From the NCBI GenBank assembly GCA_963798085.1, contig CAWCRS010000007.1:1056001-1120000 (forward strand): a stretch of DNA of 64,000 nt. Direction: 5' to 3'. Every line of letters starts with the position of its first letter. The stretch's first letter is position 1. The notes beneath the pieces were generated by a model. That model made no database searches. It was not told the DNA's origin and saw nothing but the letters and a program-made list of their open reading frames with translations. This document shows, one piece after another, positions 10,304-19,734 of the stretch. This DNA comes from an uncultured Gemmatimonadales bacterium (lineage in GTDB: Bacteria; Gemmatimonadota; Gemmatimonadetes; Longimicrobiales; RSA9). The position numbers and the translations under genes were made by a program.

Positions 10304-11430
10304 TGCAACCTCACCACGTGGCCGTGGAGCAGAGGCACGAACATCACGCCATTGTGCACTGCCACCGGCGCGACCACAGAATCACCCAGATCGTTCTGCC
10401 AGAGGACCTGACCTTCAAGATCGAGCAGGAACAGCATGCCGTCCAGCCGGCCCACGACGAGCCTGTCGCCGGCCATGGTGAGCGAGCCCGACGCGGCGCC
10501 GCCAAGCGTCGCGATGCTTGTCGCGTGTCCAGCCGGATCCAGGCGCCACACCTGCGCGTCGCGAGTCAGCACGAAGACCGTGTCGCCGTGCGCGACCGGC
10601 GCGGCATTCACCGGCGACGGGATGCTGACCCGCCATAGCACGCTGTTGGGCGGGGCTGTGCCGACCGCGATGATGTCGCCCGTGTCGAAGGGCAGGATCA
10701 GCGCGCCGCCCAGCACCAGCGGCGGAGCCGAAGGCGTTGCCGGCAATGCGACGCGCGCCAGGACGTCGCCGGTCCGGGCATCCAGACGCACCAGTGTGTC
10801 GCGTTCACTGGCAACGAACACGGCGCCATTCGCGTGCACCGGCGATGTCGCCGGCGGAGCGCCCAGCCGCGTGTGCCAGACCGCGCTGCCGTCCCGCGTG
10901 CGCAGGGCCTGCGCTTCGCCCGCCTCGTTCACCACGACCAGCATGCTGTCCAGCAGCAGCGGCTCGACACGGATCGCACCCACACGGCGCGACCACATGC
11001 CTCGCCCGCGCGTGAGGCTGATGGCCTGCACGCGATTCTCGCGGTCGCCCGTCGCCACGAACACGACACTGTCGCGACGCAGCGCAGTGCCGGCGATCGG
11101 GCCGCTGAAGCGACGACTCCAGTAGCGCATGCCCGACTCCGCATCCATCGTGACGATCGCACGCCCCGTGGACGTGGCCAGCAGCAGCGAGCCGTGCACC
11201 TCGAGCGGCTCGGCGAAACCGCGATCGATACCCTTGTTCCAGATGATCTTCGGTGCCGCACTGATCGCTTCCGACGCGTATGCGGAACGGGAGGAATTGC
11301 CCAGCAGCGCGGACCACTGGCCAGCCGGCACCGCGGGCGCGATGCGCGGCGGATGACACGCTGCAAACAGCGTGGTAAACGCCGCGAGCAGCAAATTGAC
11401 ACGTCGCCGGTACGAGCCTAGTGTCAACAC
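10300..11430 (-). CDS. PQQ-type beta-propeller lipoprotein (BamB-like)
   Basis: Lipobox FAAC and repeated A-x-D-x-x-x-G-x-x-x-W blades. Probable GTG start at 11430 after GAAGGGG. Confidence 0.8.
   Translation of the reverse strand: MLTLGSYRRRVNLLLAAFTTLFAACHPPRIAPAVPAGQWSALLGNSSRSAYASEAISAAPKIIWNKGIDRGFAEPLEVHGSLLLATSTGRAIVTMDAESGMRYWSRRFSGPIAGTALRRDSVVFVATGDRENRVQAISLTRGRGMWSRRVGAIRVEPLLLDSMLVVVNEAGEAQALRTRDGSAVWHTRLGAPPATSPVHANGAVFVASERDTLVRLDARTGDVLARVALPATPSAPPLVLGGALILPFDTGDIIAVGTAPPNSVLWRVSIPSPVNAAPVAHGDTVFVLTRDAQVWRLDPAGHATSIATLGGAASGSLTMAGDRLVVGRLDGMLFLLDLEGQVLWQNDLGDSVVAPVAVHNGVMFVPLLHGHVVRLQ
11396..11424 (+). promoter_or_regulatory. sigma70-like promoter for asnS
   Basis: TTGACA-N17-TAGTGT. 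Confidence 0.55.
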
Positions 11431-11494
11431 CGCTTTCGACGCCCCTTCGAGGCGGCGCACGGCGCGGCCGTCAAACTCAACATTCCACGATAAC

Positions 11495-12790
11495 ATGAGC
11501 GTCAGTACGGAAATCCGGAATCTGGGTCAGCACGAGGGCGCCAGTGTCATGGTGCGCGGCTGGGTGCAGACGACACGCACGCACGGCAAGGTCGCCTTCG
11601 TCATGCTGCGCGATGGTTCGGGCGTGGTACAGTCCGTCATGGTGAAGTCGCAGATCGCTCCGGAAGTGTGGAATCTGCTCGAGACACTCACGCTGGAAAC
11701 CAGCGTGCAGGCGCAAGGCATCGTGCGGCGCGAGGCGCGCGCGCCGGGCGGCTGGGAGCTGGCGCTCGAAGACCTGCGCATCATCGGGCCGAGTACGGAT
11801 TATCCGATCCAGCCCAAGGAGCACGGCGTCGATTTCCTGCTGGATCATCGCCATCTGTGGCTGCGCTCCAGCCAGCAGCGCGCCATCATGCGCGTGCGCA
11901 ACGAAGTCGAGCAGGCGATACACGATTTCTTCTACGCGCGCGATTTCGTGCGCATCGATACACCCATCCTCACGGGCGCGATCGGCGAAGGCGGCGCCGG
12001 CCTCTTCGAAGTCGACTACTTCGAGGAGAAGGCGTACCTCGCGCAGACCGGCCAGCTGTACGCCGAAGCCGCCGCCGCCGCGCTGGGCAAGGTGTACTGC
12101 TTCGGCCCCACCTTCCGCGCGGAAAAATCGAAGACGCGACGGCATTCGACGGAGTTCTGGATGCTCGAGCCGGAGGTCGCATGGAACGACTCCGACGCGA
12201 ACATGCGGTTGCAGGAAGACCTGGTCAGTCACCTCGTGGAACGCGCGCTGGAACGCTGCCGTGACGAGCTGGATGTGCTGGAGCGCGACCGCGCCCCGCT
12301 CGAGCGTGTGCACCCGCCATTTCCCCGGCTGGATTATGGCGATGCCGTGCGCCTGCTGCAGGAGAAGGGCAACGCCATCGAATGGGGCAATGACCTGGGC
12401 GCGCCCGATGAGACCGTCATCGCGGAGCAGTACGACCGGCCCGTCTTCGTGATCAACTACCCGAAGCAGGCCAAGGCGTTCTACATGAAGGAGAACCCCG
12501 ACGACCCGCGCACCGTGCTGTGCAGCGATCTGCTGGCGCCCGAAGGCTACGGCGAGATCATTGGTGGCAGCCAGCGCGAAGATGATCACGACCGGCTGCT
12601 CGCCCGCATCCGTGAACAGGGCCTGCCCGAGGCGTCCTACCGCTGGTACCTCGAGCTGCGCCGCTACGGCACGTTCGTGCATTCCGGGTTCGGCCTCGGC
12701 CTGGAACGCACCGTAGGCTGGATCTGCGGCCGGCCGCACATACGCGAAATGATTCCTTTTCCGCGCATGCTGAATCGGCTTTATCCCTGA
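11495..12790 (+). CDS. asnS: Asparagine--tRNA ligase
   Basis: OB-fold RGWV..LRDGSG, YLAQTGQLY, FRAEKSKTRRH, GEIIGGSQRE and HSGFGLGLER. Confidence 0.96.
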   Translation: MSVSTEIRNLGQHEGASVMVRGWVQTTRTHGKVAFVMLRDGSGVVQSVMVKSQIAPEVWNLLETLTLETSVQAQGIVRREARAPGGWELALEDLRIIGPSTDYPIQPKEHGVDFLLDHRHLWLRSSQQRAIMRVRNEVEQAIHDFFYARDFVRIDTPILTGAIGEGGAGLFEVDYFEEKAYLAQTGQLYAEAAAAALGKVYCFGPTFRAEKSKTRRHSTEFWMLEPEVAWNDSDANMRLQEDLVSHLVERALERCRDELDVLERDRAPLERVHPPFPRLDYGDAVRLLQEKGNAIEWGNDLGAPDETVIAEQYDRPVFVINYPKQAKAFYMKENPDDPRTVLCSDLLAPEGYGEIIGGSQREDDHDRLLARIREQGLPEASYRWYLELRRYGTFVHSGFGLGLERTVGWICGRPHIREMIPFPRMLNRLYP

Positions 12791-12815
12791 GGTATTTGCG
12801 GCGCTGCGCGCCGCA

Positions 12816-12894
12816 GGGGAAGGGAAACGGGGAGAGGGTCGGGTTCAGGGTTCGGACGCGGACAACGGCATGGGTTGGTGGGTGGGGCGCAACA
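12816..12894. repeat. G-rich dispersed repeat, copy A (homologous to 41708-41790 in opposite orientation)
   Basis: Reverse complement of the core, TGTCCGCGTCCGAACCCTGAACCCGACCCTC, aligns to TGTCCCGCGTCCGATCCTGAAACCGACTCTC at 41746-41776. Confidence 0.6.
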
Positions 12895-13026
12895 ATCACT
12901 TTCCCATGCCCATGGAGCAGCGCTCCCTGTCCCCTGCCCGTAAACACTCCCCCTCCTTCCGCCTCTGTCCCATCTCCCTGCCCGTACAACCTTCCCGTTC
13001 GAAACCGATTTTGCGTGGGTGATCGC

Positions 13027-13809
13027 TCACACGGATTCTGCGCCCTCCGCGCGCTTGACTTCCTCCCAAAGCGCATCCATTTGCTCGAGTGTAGCGCCGG
13101 GAAGAGGGAGTCCGCGCTCGCGGGCGAGGGCTTCGAGGGCGCGGAAACGGCGGGTGAATTTCTGATTGGCGCGGCGCAGTGCGATCATGGCGTGAGCGTC
13201 CAGCAGGCGGGCGAGGTTCACAACGGAGAAGAGCAGGTCGCCCAGTTCCTCTTCCATGGCTTCACGGGCGTCCGTGCCGAGGTGCGATGCGACTTCGTCC
13301 ACTTCTTCGCGCACCTTGTCCAGCGCGCCGCCGGGCTCGCGCCAGTCGAAGCCCACGGCGCTGACGCGGTCCTGGATGCGCTGCGCGAGGGAGAGTGGAT
13401 CGAGGCCGCCGGGTACGCCGTCCAGCAGGGAAGGCAATGATGGGTCCGCGGCGCGCTCCTTTGCTTTGAGCTGCTCCCACGGCTCGGCGGGGCCATCGCC
13501 GTACAGCTGGGGATGACGACGCCGCATCTTCTCCTCCAGCCGGCGCACCACATTGTCCGCAGTGAAACTGGCGCGTTCTTCGGCGAGCACGACCTGGAAC
13601 GCAACATTGAGCAGCAGGTCGCCCAGCTCGCGGCCCAGCTCGTCCTCATCGTGAGCGGTTACGGCTTCAGCGACCTCGTGCGCTTCCTCGATGAGGTAGG
13701 GCAGCAGCGACTCGGGCGTCTGCCGGGCGTCCCAGGGGCAGCGCGCGCGCAGGAAGCGGACGAGCTCGAGGGCGCGGTCGAAGGTGCGGTCAGCAGGCTC
13801 GCGGGTCAC
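13027..13809 (-). CDS. mazG: Nucleoside triphosphate pyrophosphohydrolase MazG
   Basis: Tandem MazG domains: CPWDARQT, EEAHEV, ELGDLL, GFDW, EELGDLLF and KFTRRF. GTG start at 13809. Confidence 0.95.
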   Translation of the reverse strand: MTREPADRTFDRALELVRFLRARCPWDARQTPESLLPYLIEEAHEVAEAVTAHDEDELGRELGDLLLNVAFQVVLAEERASFTADNVVRRLEEKMRRRHPQLYGDGPAEPWEQLKAKERAADPSLPSLLDGVPGGLDPLSLAQRIQDRVSAVGFDWREPGGALDKVREEVDEVASHLGTDAREAMEEELGDLLFSVVNLARLLDAHAMIALRRANQKFTRRFRALEALARERGLPLPGATLEQMDALWEEVKRAEGAESV

Positions 13810-13818
13810 GCATTCAGC

Positions 13819-13847
13819 TTGATCGGGAGTGAAGTGGCGCCTATAGT
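13819..13847 (+). promoter_or_regulatory. sigma70-like promoter for the alr operon
   Basis: TTGATC-N17-TATAGT. Confidence 0.55.
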
Positions 13848-13864
13848 TACGCGCTTTGTCCGCC

Positions 13865-14992
13865 ATGTCAAATGAAGCACTCACGCGCGCATGGGTCGAA
13901 GTGAACACGGAGGCCCTGCGCGCGAATTGTCGCGCGATCCGACGCGCTGCCGGTACTTCGCCCGCCATCATCCCGATGGTCAAGGCAGACGCGTACGGGT
14001 TGGGCGCGGAGCGCGTCACGCGCGCACTGGAACCGCTCTCGCCATGGGGCTGGGGCGTCGCCACGGCCGAGGAAGGCGTCGCGTTGCGCCGTGCGGGCGT
14101 GCGCCGGCCCATCATCGTGTTCGGCCCGCTGCCGCCGGGCGTCGAGCCGGTGGCTGCCGCGGCCGGACTGACTGCCACGATCTCGGATGTGGAGGCGTTG
14201 TCTCGCTGGAGACAGGCGGCCGAGGGACTCTCGCTCGCATTCCACACCGAGATCGACACGGGCATGGGCCGCTCCGGGTTCGACTGGCGGGAAACCGGCA
14301 GCTGGGCTGGAGCCGTTCAGGCGGCGGCCGGACCCGCACTCGCATGGGCCGGGGTATACACGCACTTCCACAGCGCCGACGCGGCAGATGCGGGACCGAC
14401 GCGGGCGCAGTGGACCCGATTCCAGGATGCCCTGGCGCAGCTGCCGGTATCGCGCGAAGACCTGCTCGTGCACGCCGCCAACAGTGCGGCGGCGTTGCGC
14501 TGGCCGGAGTACGCGGCCGACGCTGTGCGCCCCGGCATTTTTCTGTATGGCGGGTCGGCGGTGGACGCAGACGTGTCGGGTGTGCCGCGGCCCCAGGCTG
14601 TGGTGACGGTGCGCGCGCGCGTGGTGCGCGTGCACGAGGTGCCACCCGGCTCGACTGCCGGCTACGGCGCGACGTACATTGCGCGCGGCTGGGAACGCTG
14701 GGCGACACTGGCAGTCGGCTACGCCGATGGCTGGGCGCGGAGTCTGGGGAATCACGGCGAGGCGCTGCTGCACGGACAGCGGGTGCCGATCGTCGGCAGG
14801 ATCTCGATGGACATGACGGTTGTAGACAGTACCGCCGTTCCGGCCGCGGCTGTCGGTGATGTGGCGACGCTGCTGGGCCGGGATCAGGGCGAGGAAATTA
14901 CCGTGGACGACGTGGCAGGGTGGCGAGGCACGATCAGCTACGAAGTGCTGACCGGGCTGAGCAACAGGCTGCCGCGCGTGGAGTGCGAATGA
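13865..14992 (+). CDS. alr: Alanine racemase
   Basis: Motifs VKADAYG (PLP lysine), DTGMGR, THF, RPGI, GYADG, GRISMD and TISYE. Confidence 0.96.
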   Translation: MSNEALTRAWVEVNTEALRANCRAIRRAAGTSPAIIPMVKADAYGLGAERVTRALEPLSPWGWGVATAEEGVALRRAGVRRPIIVFGPLPPGVEPVAAAAGLTATISDVEALSRWRQAAEGLSLAFHTEIDTGMGRSGFDWRETGSWAGAVQAAAGPALAWAGVYTHFHSADAADAGPTRAQWTRFQDALAQLPVSREDLLVHAANSAAALRWPEYAADAVRPGIFLYGGSAVDADVSGVPRPQAVVTVRARVVRVHEVPPGSTAGYGATYIARGWERWATLAVGYADGWARSLGNHGEALLHGQRVPIVGRISMDMTVVDSTAVPAAAVGDVATLLGRDQGEEITVDDVAGWRGTISYEVLTGLSNRLPRVECE

Positions 14993-15408
14993 TCGGGGAG
15001 TCGGAATTGCTGGCGAAAGCGCGCGACGCGCGCGATTCGTCCTGGGCGCCCTATTCCCGTTTCCGCGTGGGCTGTGCGCTGGAAACGGAAGATGGTTCGG
15101 TGTTCGCCGGTTGCAACGTGGAGAACGCGTCGTTCGGTCTGGGCATGTGCGCGGAGCGTGTGGCCGTGGGTTGCGCGGTGACGGCCGGCCAGCGCCGGTT
15201 CCGCCGCCTGGTGCTGATCACGGATTCCAAACACCCTGTTGCGCCGTGCGGCGCGTGCCGGCAGGTGCTGGCCGAGTTCGAGCCGGCGCTGGAAGTCGTG
15301 TCGTACGCATGTACGGGTGAGCGCGCGGCGTGGCCTCTGGAGACCCTGCTGCCGGAACGCTTCGACCTGACGGACGCCACCGATGCGCCGCGGGAGCACC
15401 GCCCATGA
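14989..15408 (+). CDS. cdd: Cytidine deaminase (homotetrameric type)
   Basis: Motifs [17 protein letters not shown] and PCGACRQ. ATGA overlap with alr. Confidence 0.95.
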   Translation: MIGESELLAKARDARDSSWAPYSRFRVGCALETEDGSVFAGCNVENASFGLGMCAERVAVGCAVTAGQRRFRRLVLITDSKHPVAPCGACRQVLAEFEPALEVVSYACTGERAAWPLETLLPERFDLTDATDAPREHRP

Positions 15409-16781
15409 GCGCGCGACGCAACGACGCGCGCGGCGTGGCAGCACGCACGAAAGCGGCGGGCCGCGCGGGGCTGGGCCTGCCCGCGGCGCTGACCCTGGCG
15501 GCCGGTCTCTGGGTGCTGGCCTGCGGCCGCGAGACGCCTACCGATACCGGCGGGCCGCTGCTGCCCTCCGATGCCGTCACCACGTTCGAGGTGCTGCTGG
15601 ATGCGCCCCAATACCTGACCTCCGACACGGCGTTCTCCGGATTCGATTTCGTGTCCGACGCCGCCTTCACCGTGATCGCCAATCAATACGGCAACACGGT
15701 GGATGCGCACGCAATGGCCCGGTTCGAGATTCCGACACTGATCGCGGCCCCGGATTCATCCGATGTGGTGCGCGATGATTCGACGCCGCACTACGTGGGT
15801 GGGCACATCCTGCTGCAGATCGACACGACCCGGAGCCAGGGCATCAATCCGAGCGAGATCTCCGTGTACCGCATCACGGAGGAATGGGACCCGATAACAG
15901 CGGGTTGGACGCTGAGCGTCGACAGCGTGGCGCACAAGCAGTCGTGGTCCCAGCCGGGCGCCACCGGTGGTCCACTCGTCGGCACTGCGATGTGGCCGCA
16001 GACGATGGACTCGCTGGGCGTTGCCACCGACTCCGTGCTCATTCCCGTGGATTCGGAGACGATTGCGCTGTGGTCGGACACGACCACCCGCGCGCGCGGC
16101 GTGGTGGTCACCATGGGCACGCCGGGCGCCCGGCTGCGCACGGTGGACTTCGCACTGCACGTGGATGCGCGACCCACGTTCCGGCCGGACACCGTGGTCA
16201 CCGTGACCGTGCGGCCCACGGAGCGGACGTTCATCTACAACCCGCAGCTGCCGCGCGCGGCGTCGAACCTGCGCGTGGGCGGTGTGCCGTCCTGGCGCTC
16301 ATTTCTGCGTATGAAGGATGGTCTGGACACGCTGACCCTGGCGTGTCCGCCGGTCGGTTCGAATTGCCGCGTGCGCCTCAAGGACGCGACCATCACGTAC
16401 GCCGCCGTGCTGCTGACGCCGAGTGTCGCGCCGGACGGATTCCTGCCAGAAGATTCGATGCGCGTGGGGTCGAGCATTCTGCTGGTCTCGGACCGTGCGC
16501 CGCTCGAGCGCTCGCCATTGGGTAGCGCTGTGGGCGCTTCGCGCGATGTGGTGCTGCCCTCGCGCTTCGCAGCACCGGCCGGCGGACCGCCGGTCGAGGT
16601 CGGCGTGACGGACTTCATGCGCCAGCTGGTTGCCGATACGCTGCAGAGCGGCGTGCCGCCCTCGCCCTGGCTTGCGCTGCTGTCCACGCTGGAAGGCACG
16701 GATCTGGGAGTCGCGGAGTTTCTGCCCGGACCCCGGCTGCGCCTGGTACTGACCGTGGCGAAGGAGCTGCAACTGCGATGA
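15405..16781 (+). CDS. Hypothetical lipoprotein
   Basis: Basic N-terminus, hydrophobic stretch and lipobox VLAC. Beta-rich body. ATGA overlaps at both ends. Confidence 0.75.
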   Translation: MSARRNDARGVAARTKAAGRAGLGLPAALTLAAGLWVLACGRETPTDTGGPLLPSDAVTTFEVLLDAPQYLTSDTAFSGFDFVSDAAFTVIANQYGNTVDAHAMARFEIPTLIAAPDSSDVVRDDSTPHYVGGHILLQIDTTRSQGINPSEISVYRITEEWDPITAGWTLSVDSVAHKQSWSQPGATGGPLVGTAMWPQTMDSLGVATDSVLIPVDSETIALWSDTTTRARGVVVTMGTPGARLRTVDFALHVDARPTFRPDTVVTVTVRPTERTFIYNPQLPRAASNLRVGGVPSWRSFLRMKDGLDTLTLACPPVGSNCRVRLKDATITYAAVLLTPSVAPDGFLPEDSMRVGSSILLVSDRAPLERSPLGSAVGASRDVVLPSRFAAPAGGPPVEVGVTDFMRQLVADTLQSGVPPSPWLALLSTLEGTDLGVAEFLPGPRLRLVLTVAKELQLR

Positions 16782-17974
16782 GACGACGCTTCTTCTTCGC
16801 CGCGCCACTGCTCGCGCTGCTGTGCGCCGGGCCCGCGCTGGCACAGTCGCTCTTTGCCACGCGCGGTCTGGGTACGCCCATTGTGCCGGTGGATGCGCGT
16901 TCGCGCGCCCTGGGCGGCATCGGCATCGGCCTGTTCGGGCTCAACATGTCGCTGGTCAATCCGGCGGACGTGGCGGGACTCGCGCGCCGCGGCATTGGCG
17001 CCGAGCTGCAGCCGGGCTCCACCAACGCGGACGTGGGCGGACAGTCGGGCGGGCTCAGCGCCGCGCGCTTCCCCATGATGCGCATCGTCTATCCCGTTTC
17101 CAGCACGGTGTTAGCCAGCCTGGGCTATGGCGGGCTGCTGGAACAGTCGTGGGGCGTCACCCTGAGCAACAAGGAGATCATCGGCGCGGACACCGTCGAC
17201 ACCACGGACAACATCGTCTCCACCGGTGGTGTGGCAAAACTGGCGCTGGGCGCGGCCGTGCAGGTATCGCCCTGGCTGTCACTGGGCGGCGCCGGCGGCC
17301 TCTATACGGGCAGCCTGGACCGGCGGGTGAGCCGCACGTTCGCCGACAGCACACTCGGACTGCGCGAGTTCGACAGCCGCCTGACATGGAATTATCACGG
17401 CGCGTTTGCCACACTCGGCTTCCGCGCCAATGCGGGCCAGACGCTGCGTGCGGGGGCCGCGATCACCCTGAGCCAGCACCTGCGCATCGAGGGACAGGAC
17501 TCGACCGCGCGCGATGATCGCGCGGACGTGCCCCTGCGCGTCTCTGCCGGTCTCAGCTCCGCGTTCTCCAGTTCCTGGCTGGCTACGGCCGGCATGGAAT
17601 GGAACGGCGGCGGCACCAAGCCCGTCTTCCAGTCGACCGATGCCAGTGCCATGCAGCGCAGCACCTGGCGTCTGGGCGGCGGCCTCGAGTACGAAGGCGC
17701 GCAGAAGGGCGGCCGAGTGTTCCCGCTGCGCGTGGGTGGCAGCTGGACGCAGTTCCCCTACTTCAACGCCGGTGAATCACCCGCGTCGGAATGGAGCGTG
17801 GCGCTGGGCGCGGGTGCCCGCCTGGCCGCGGACCAGGGTGGCCAGCCACTGGCCGTCGCCGACGTCGCCCTCGAGCGCGGCGGCCGGCGAGGTCTGGCCA
17901 GCACGCAGCTGCCGGGCGGCCTCAAGGAGTCCTTCTGGCGCATTTCCTTCTCGCTCTCGCTGTTCGGTCAGTGA
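16778..17974 (+). CDS. Outer membrane beta-barrel protein (FadL/OmpP1-like)
   Basis: Signal peptide ALAQ, DARSRALGG and NPA plug motifs, alternating beta strands, C-terminal WRISFSLSLF. Confidence 0.75.
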   Translation: MRRRFFFAAPLLALLCAGPALAQSLFATRGLGTPIVPVDARSRALGGIGIGLFGLNMSLVNPADVAGLARRGIGAELQPGSTNADVGGQSGGLSAARFPMMRIVYPVSSTVLASLGYGGLLEQSWGVTLSNKEIIGADTVDTTDNIVSTGGVAKLALGAAVQVSPWLSLGGAGGLYTGSLDRRVSRTFADSTLGLREFDSRLTWNYHGAFATLGFRANAGQTLRAGAAITLSQHLRIEGQDSTARDDRADVPLRVSAGLSSAFSSSWLATAGMEWNGGGTKPVFQSTDASAMQRSTWRLGGGLEYEGAQKGGRVFPLRVGGSWTQFPYFNAGESPASEWSVALGAGARLAADQGGQPLAVADVALERGGRRGLASTQLPGGLKESFWRISFSLSLFGQ

Positions 17975-17999
17975 CCGGCGCAGCCTGACGCTTTCCGCC

Positions 18000-19614
18000 A
18001 TGGAAACGCCCCCGCAGATACGCGATCCTGTCGCCGGCACGCCGCCAGCCGGCCGGCGCGCCTACGTCGAGACGTACGGCTGCCGAGATGAACATCAGTG
18101 ATGGCGAGCTGATGCAGGGTGTGCTGACGGCCTGCGGCTTCGAGCTGGCCGCGCGACCCGATGACGCCAATGTCATCCTGGTCAACACCTGCGCCATCCG
18201 AGAGCACGCGGAACAACGTGTTATCGGCCGCGTGGGCGAGCTGTACCGCTTCAAACGCGACCGGCCCGACACCGTCATCGGCGTGACCGGCTGCATGGCG
18301 CAGCGCATGGGCACGGCGCTGCTGGAGCGCGCGCCCTACGTGGACTTCGTGATGGGCCCGGACGGCTACCGCGGCCTGCCTGATGTGCTGGCCCGCCTGC
18401 GTCCATGGGCCGGCCGTGCGGCCGTGTCCACGCGCGTTGCGCGCGACGGCGTCGGGGCGGGCGAGGCAGCCGTCGCGGCTGTGCTGACGCAGGATGCGGA
18501 TGCGCATGGCGGACCGTCACAGGACGCGCCCGGTCCGCCCTTCACGGCGCAGGCGACGCCGCGCCGTTCGCTCCCCGTGCTCGCGACCGGCGCAGCGGCG
18601 GTCGCCGGTGAAGAGGCGGAAGCGGCGTCGTCGCCTGCAAATGAGCGGTTAGCCGTACTCGAGTTCGCGCCCGGCGAGAACTACGAAGGCCTGGAAGTGC
18701 GCCGCAGCTCGCGGGTCAGCGCCTGGGTGCCGGTACAGCGGGGCTGCGACTATCGCTGCACCTACTGCATCGTGCCGTACGTGCGCGGCGCCGAGAAGAA
18801 TCGCGACCCGGAGCGTGTGCTCGATGAGGTCAGGGCCACGGCGGCCGCCGGCATCACCGAGGTCGTGCTGCTGGGTCAGACCGTGAATTCCTGGCGCCAC
18901 GGCGCCTGGAGCTTCGCCCGGCTGATGCGCGCGGTGGCACGCACCGATGGCATCCGGCGGGTGCGCTTCACATCGCCGCACCCGAATGACGTGACGCCCG
19001 AGCTGGTCGCGGTGATGGCGGAGGAGCCCGCCGTCTGCCGGCAGCTGCACCTGCCCGTGCAGTCGGGACACGATCGCACGCTGCGCCGCATGCTGCGCCG
19101 CTACACGGTCGCGGAATACCTGCAGAAGGTGCGCATGGTGCGCGCGGCGATGCCGGATATTGCCCTGTCCACCGACATCATCGTCGCGTTCCCGGGCGAA
19201 ACCGATGCCGAGTACCAGGCCACACTCGAGCTGGTGCGCGAGGTGCGCTACGATGACGCTTTCCTCTACAAGTATTCCGCGCGCGAAGGCACGCCCGCCA
19301 CGCGACTGCCGCGCGCGGACTTCATCCCGGCCGCACTGGCGCAGGAGCGGCTCGAGCGGCTCATCGAGCTGCACCGCAGCATCCAGGCAGAGATCAACCA
19401 CGCGGAAGTCGGTCGCAGCATCGAAGTGCTGGTGGAACGGGCCGGCAAGACGCCCGGCGACGTCATGGGCCGCACCGAGTCGTACAAGACTGCGACCTTC
19501 CCGGGCGATGCCAGCCTCATCAATCGCTACCTCACGGTTCGCCTCACCGGCACGACCGGCGCCACCTTCCGGGCGGTGCGCGTGGAACCGACCGGGGAGC
19601 ACCGCGTGGCCTGA
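18000..19614 (+). CDS. miaB: tRNA methylthiotransferase MiaB; apparent +1 frameshift at about 18085
   Basis: YVETYGC in one frame continues as (Q)MNISD in another. Also NTCAIRE, GCMAQ, radical SAM motif CDYRCTYC and a TRAM domain. Confidence 0.93.
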
Positions 19615-19734
19615 GCCGCGGCGCGCCAGCGCGCAGCAGCCGAACCCCACGATCGAGCCGCCCAGCACACGCTGCGCGGCTCGATTGGCTTTCCGGGCCA
19701 TGGCGCTGGCCCGACGGCGCATCCGGCGGCCCGC

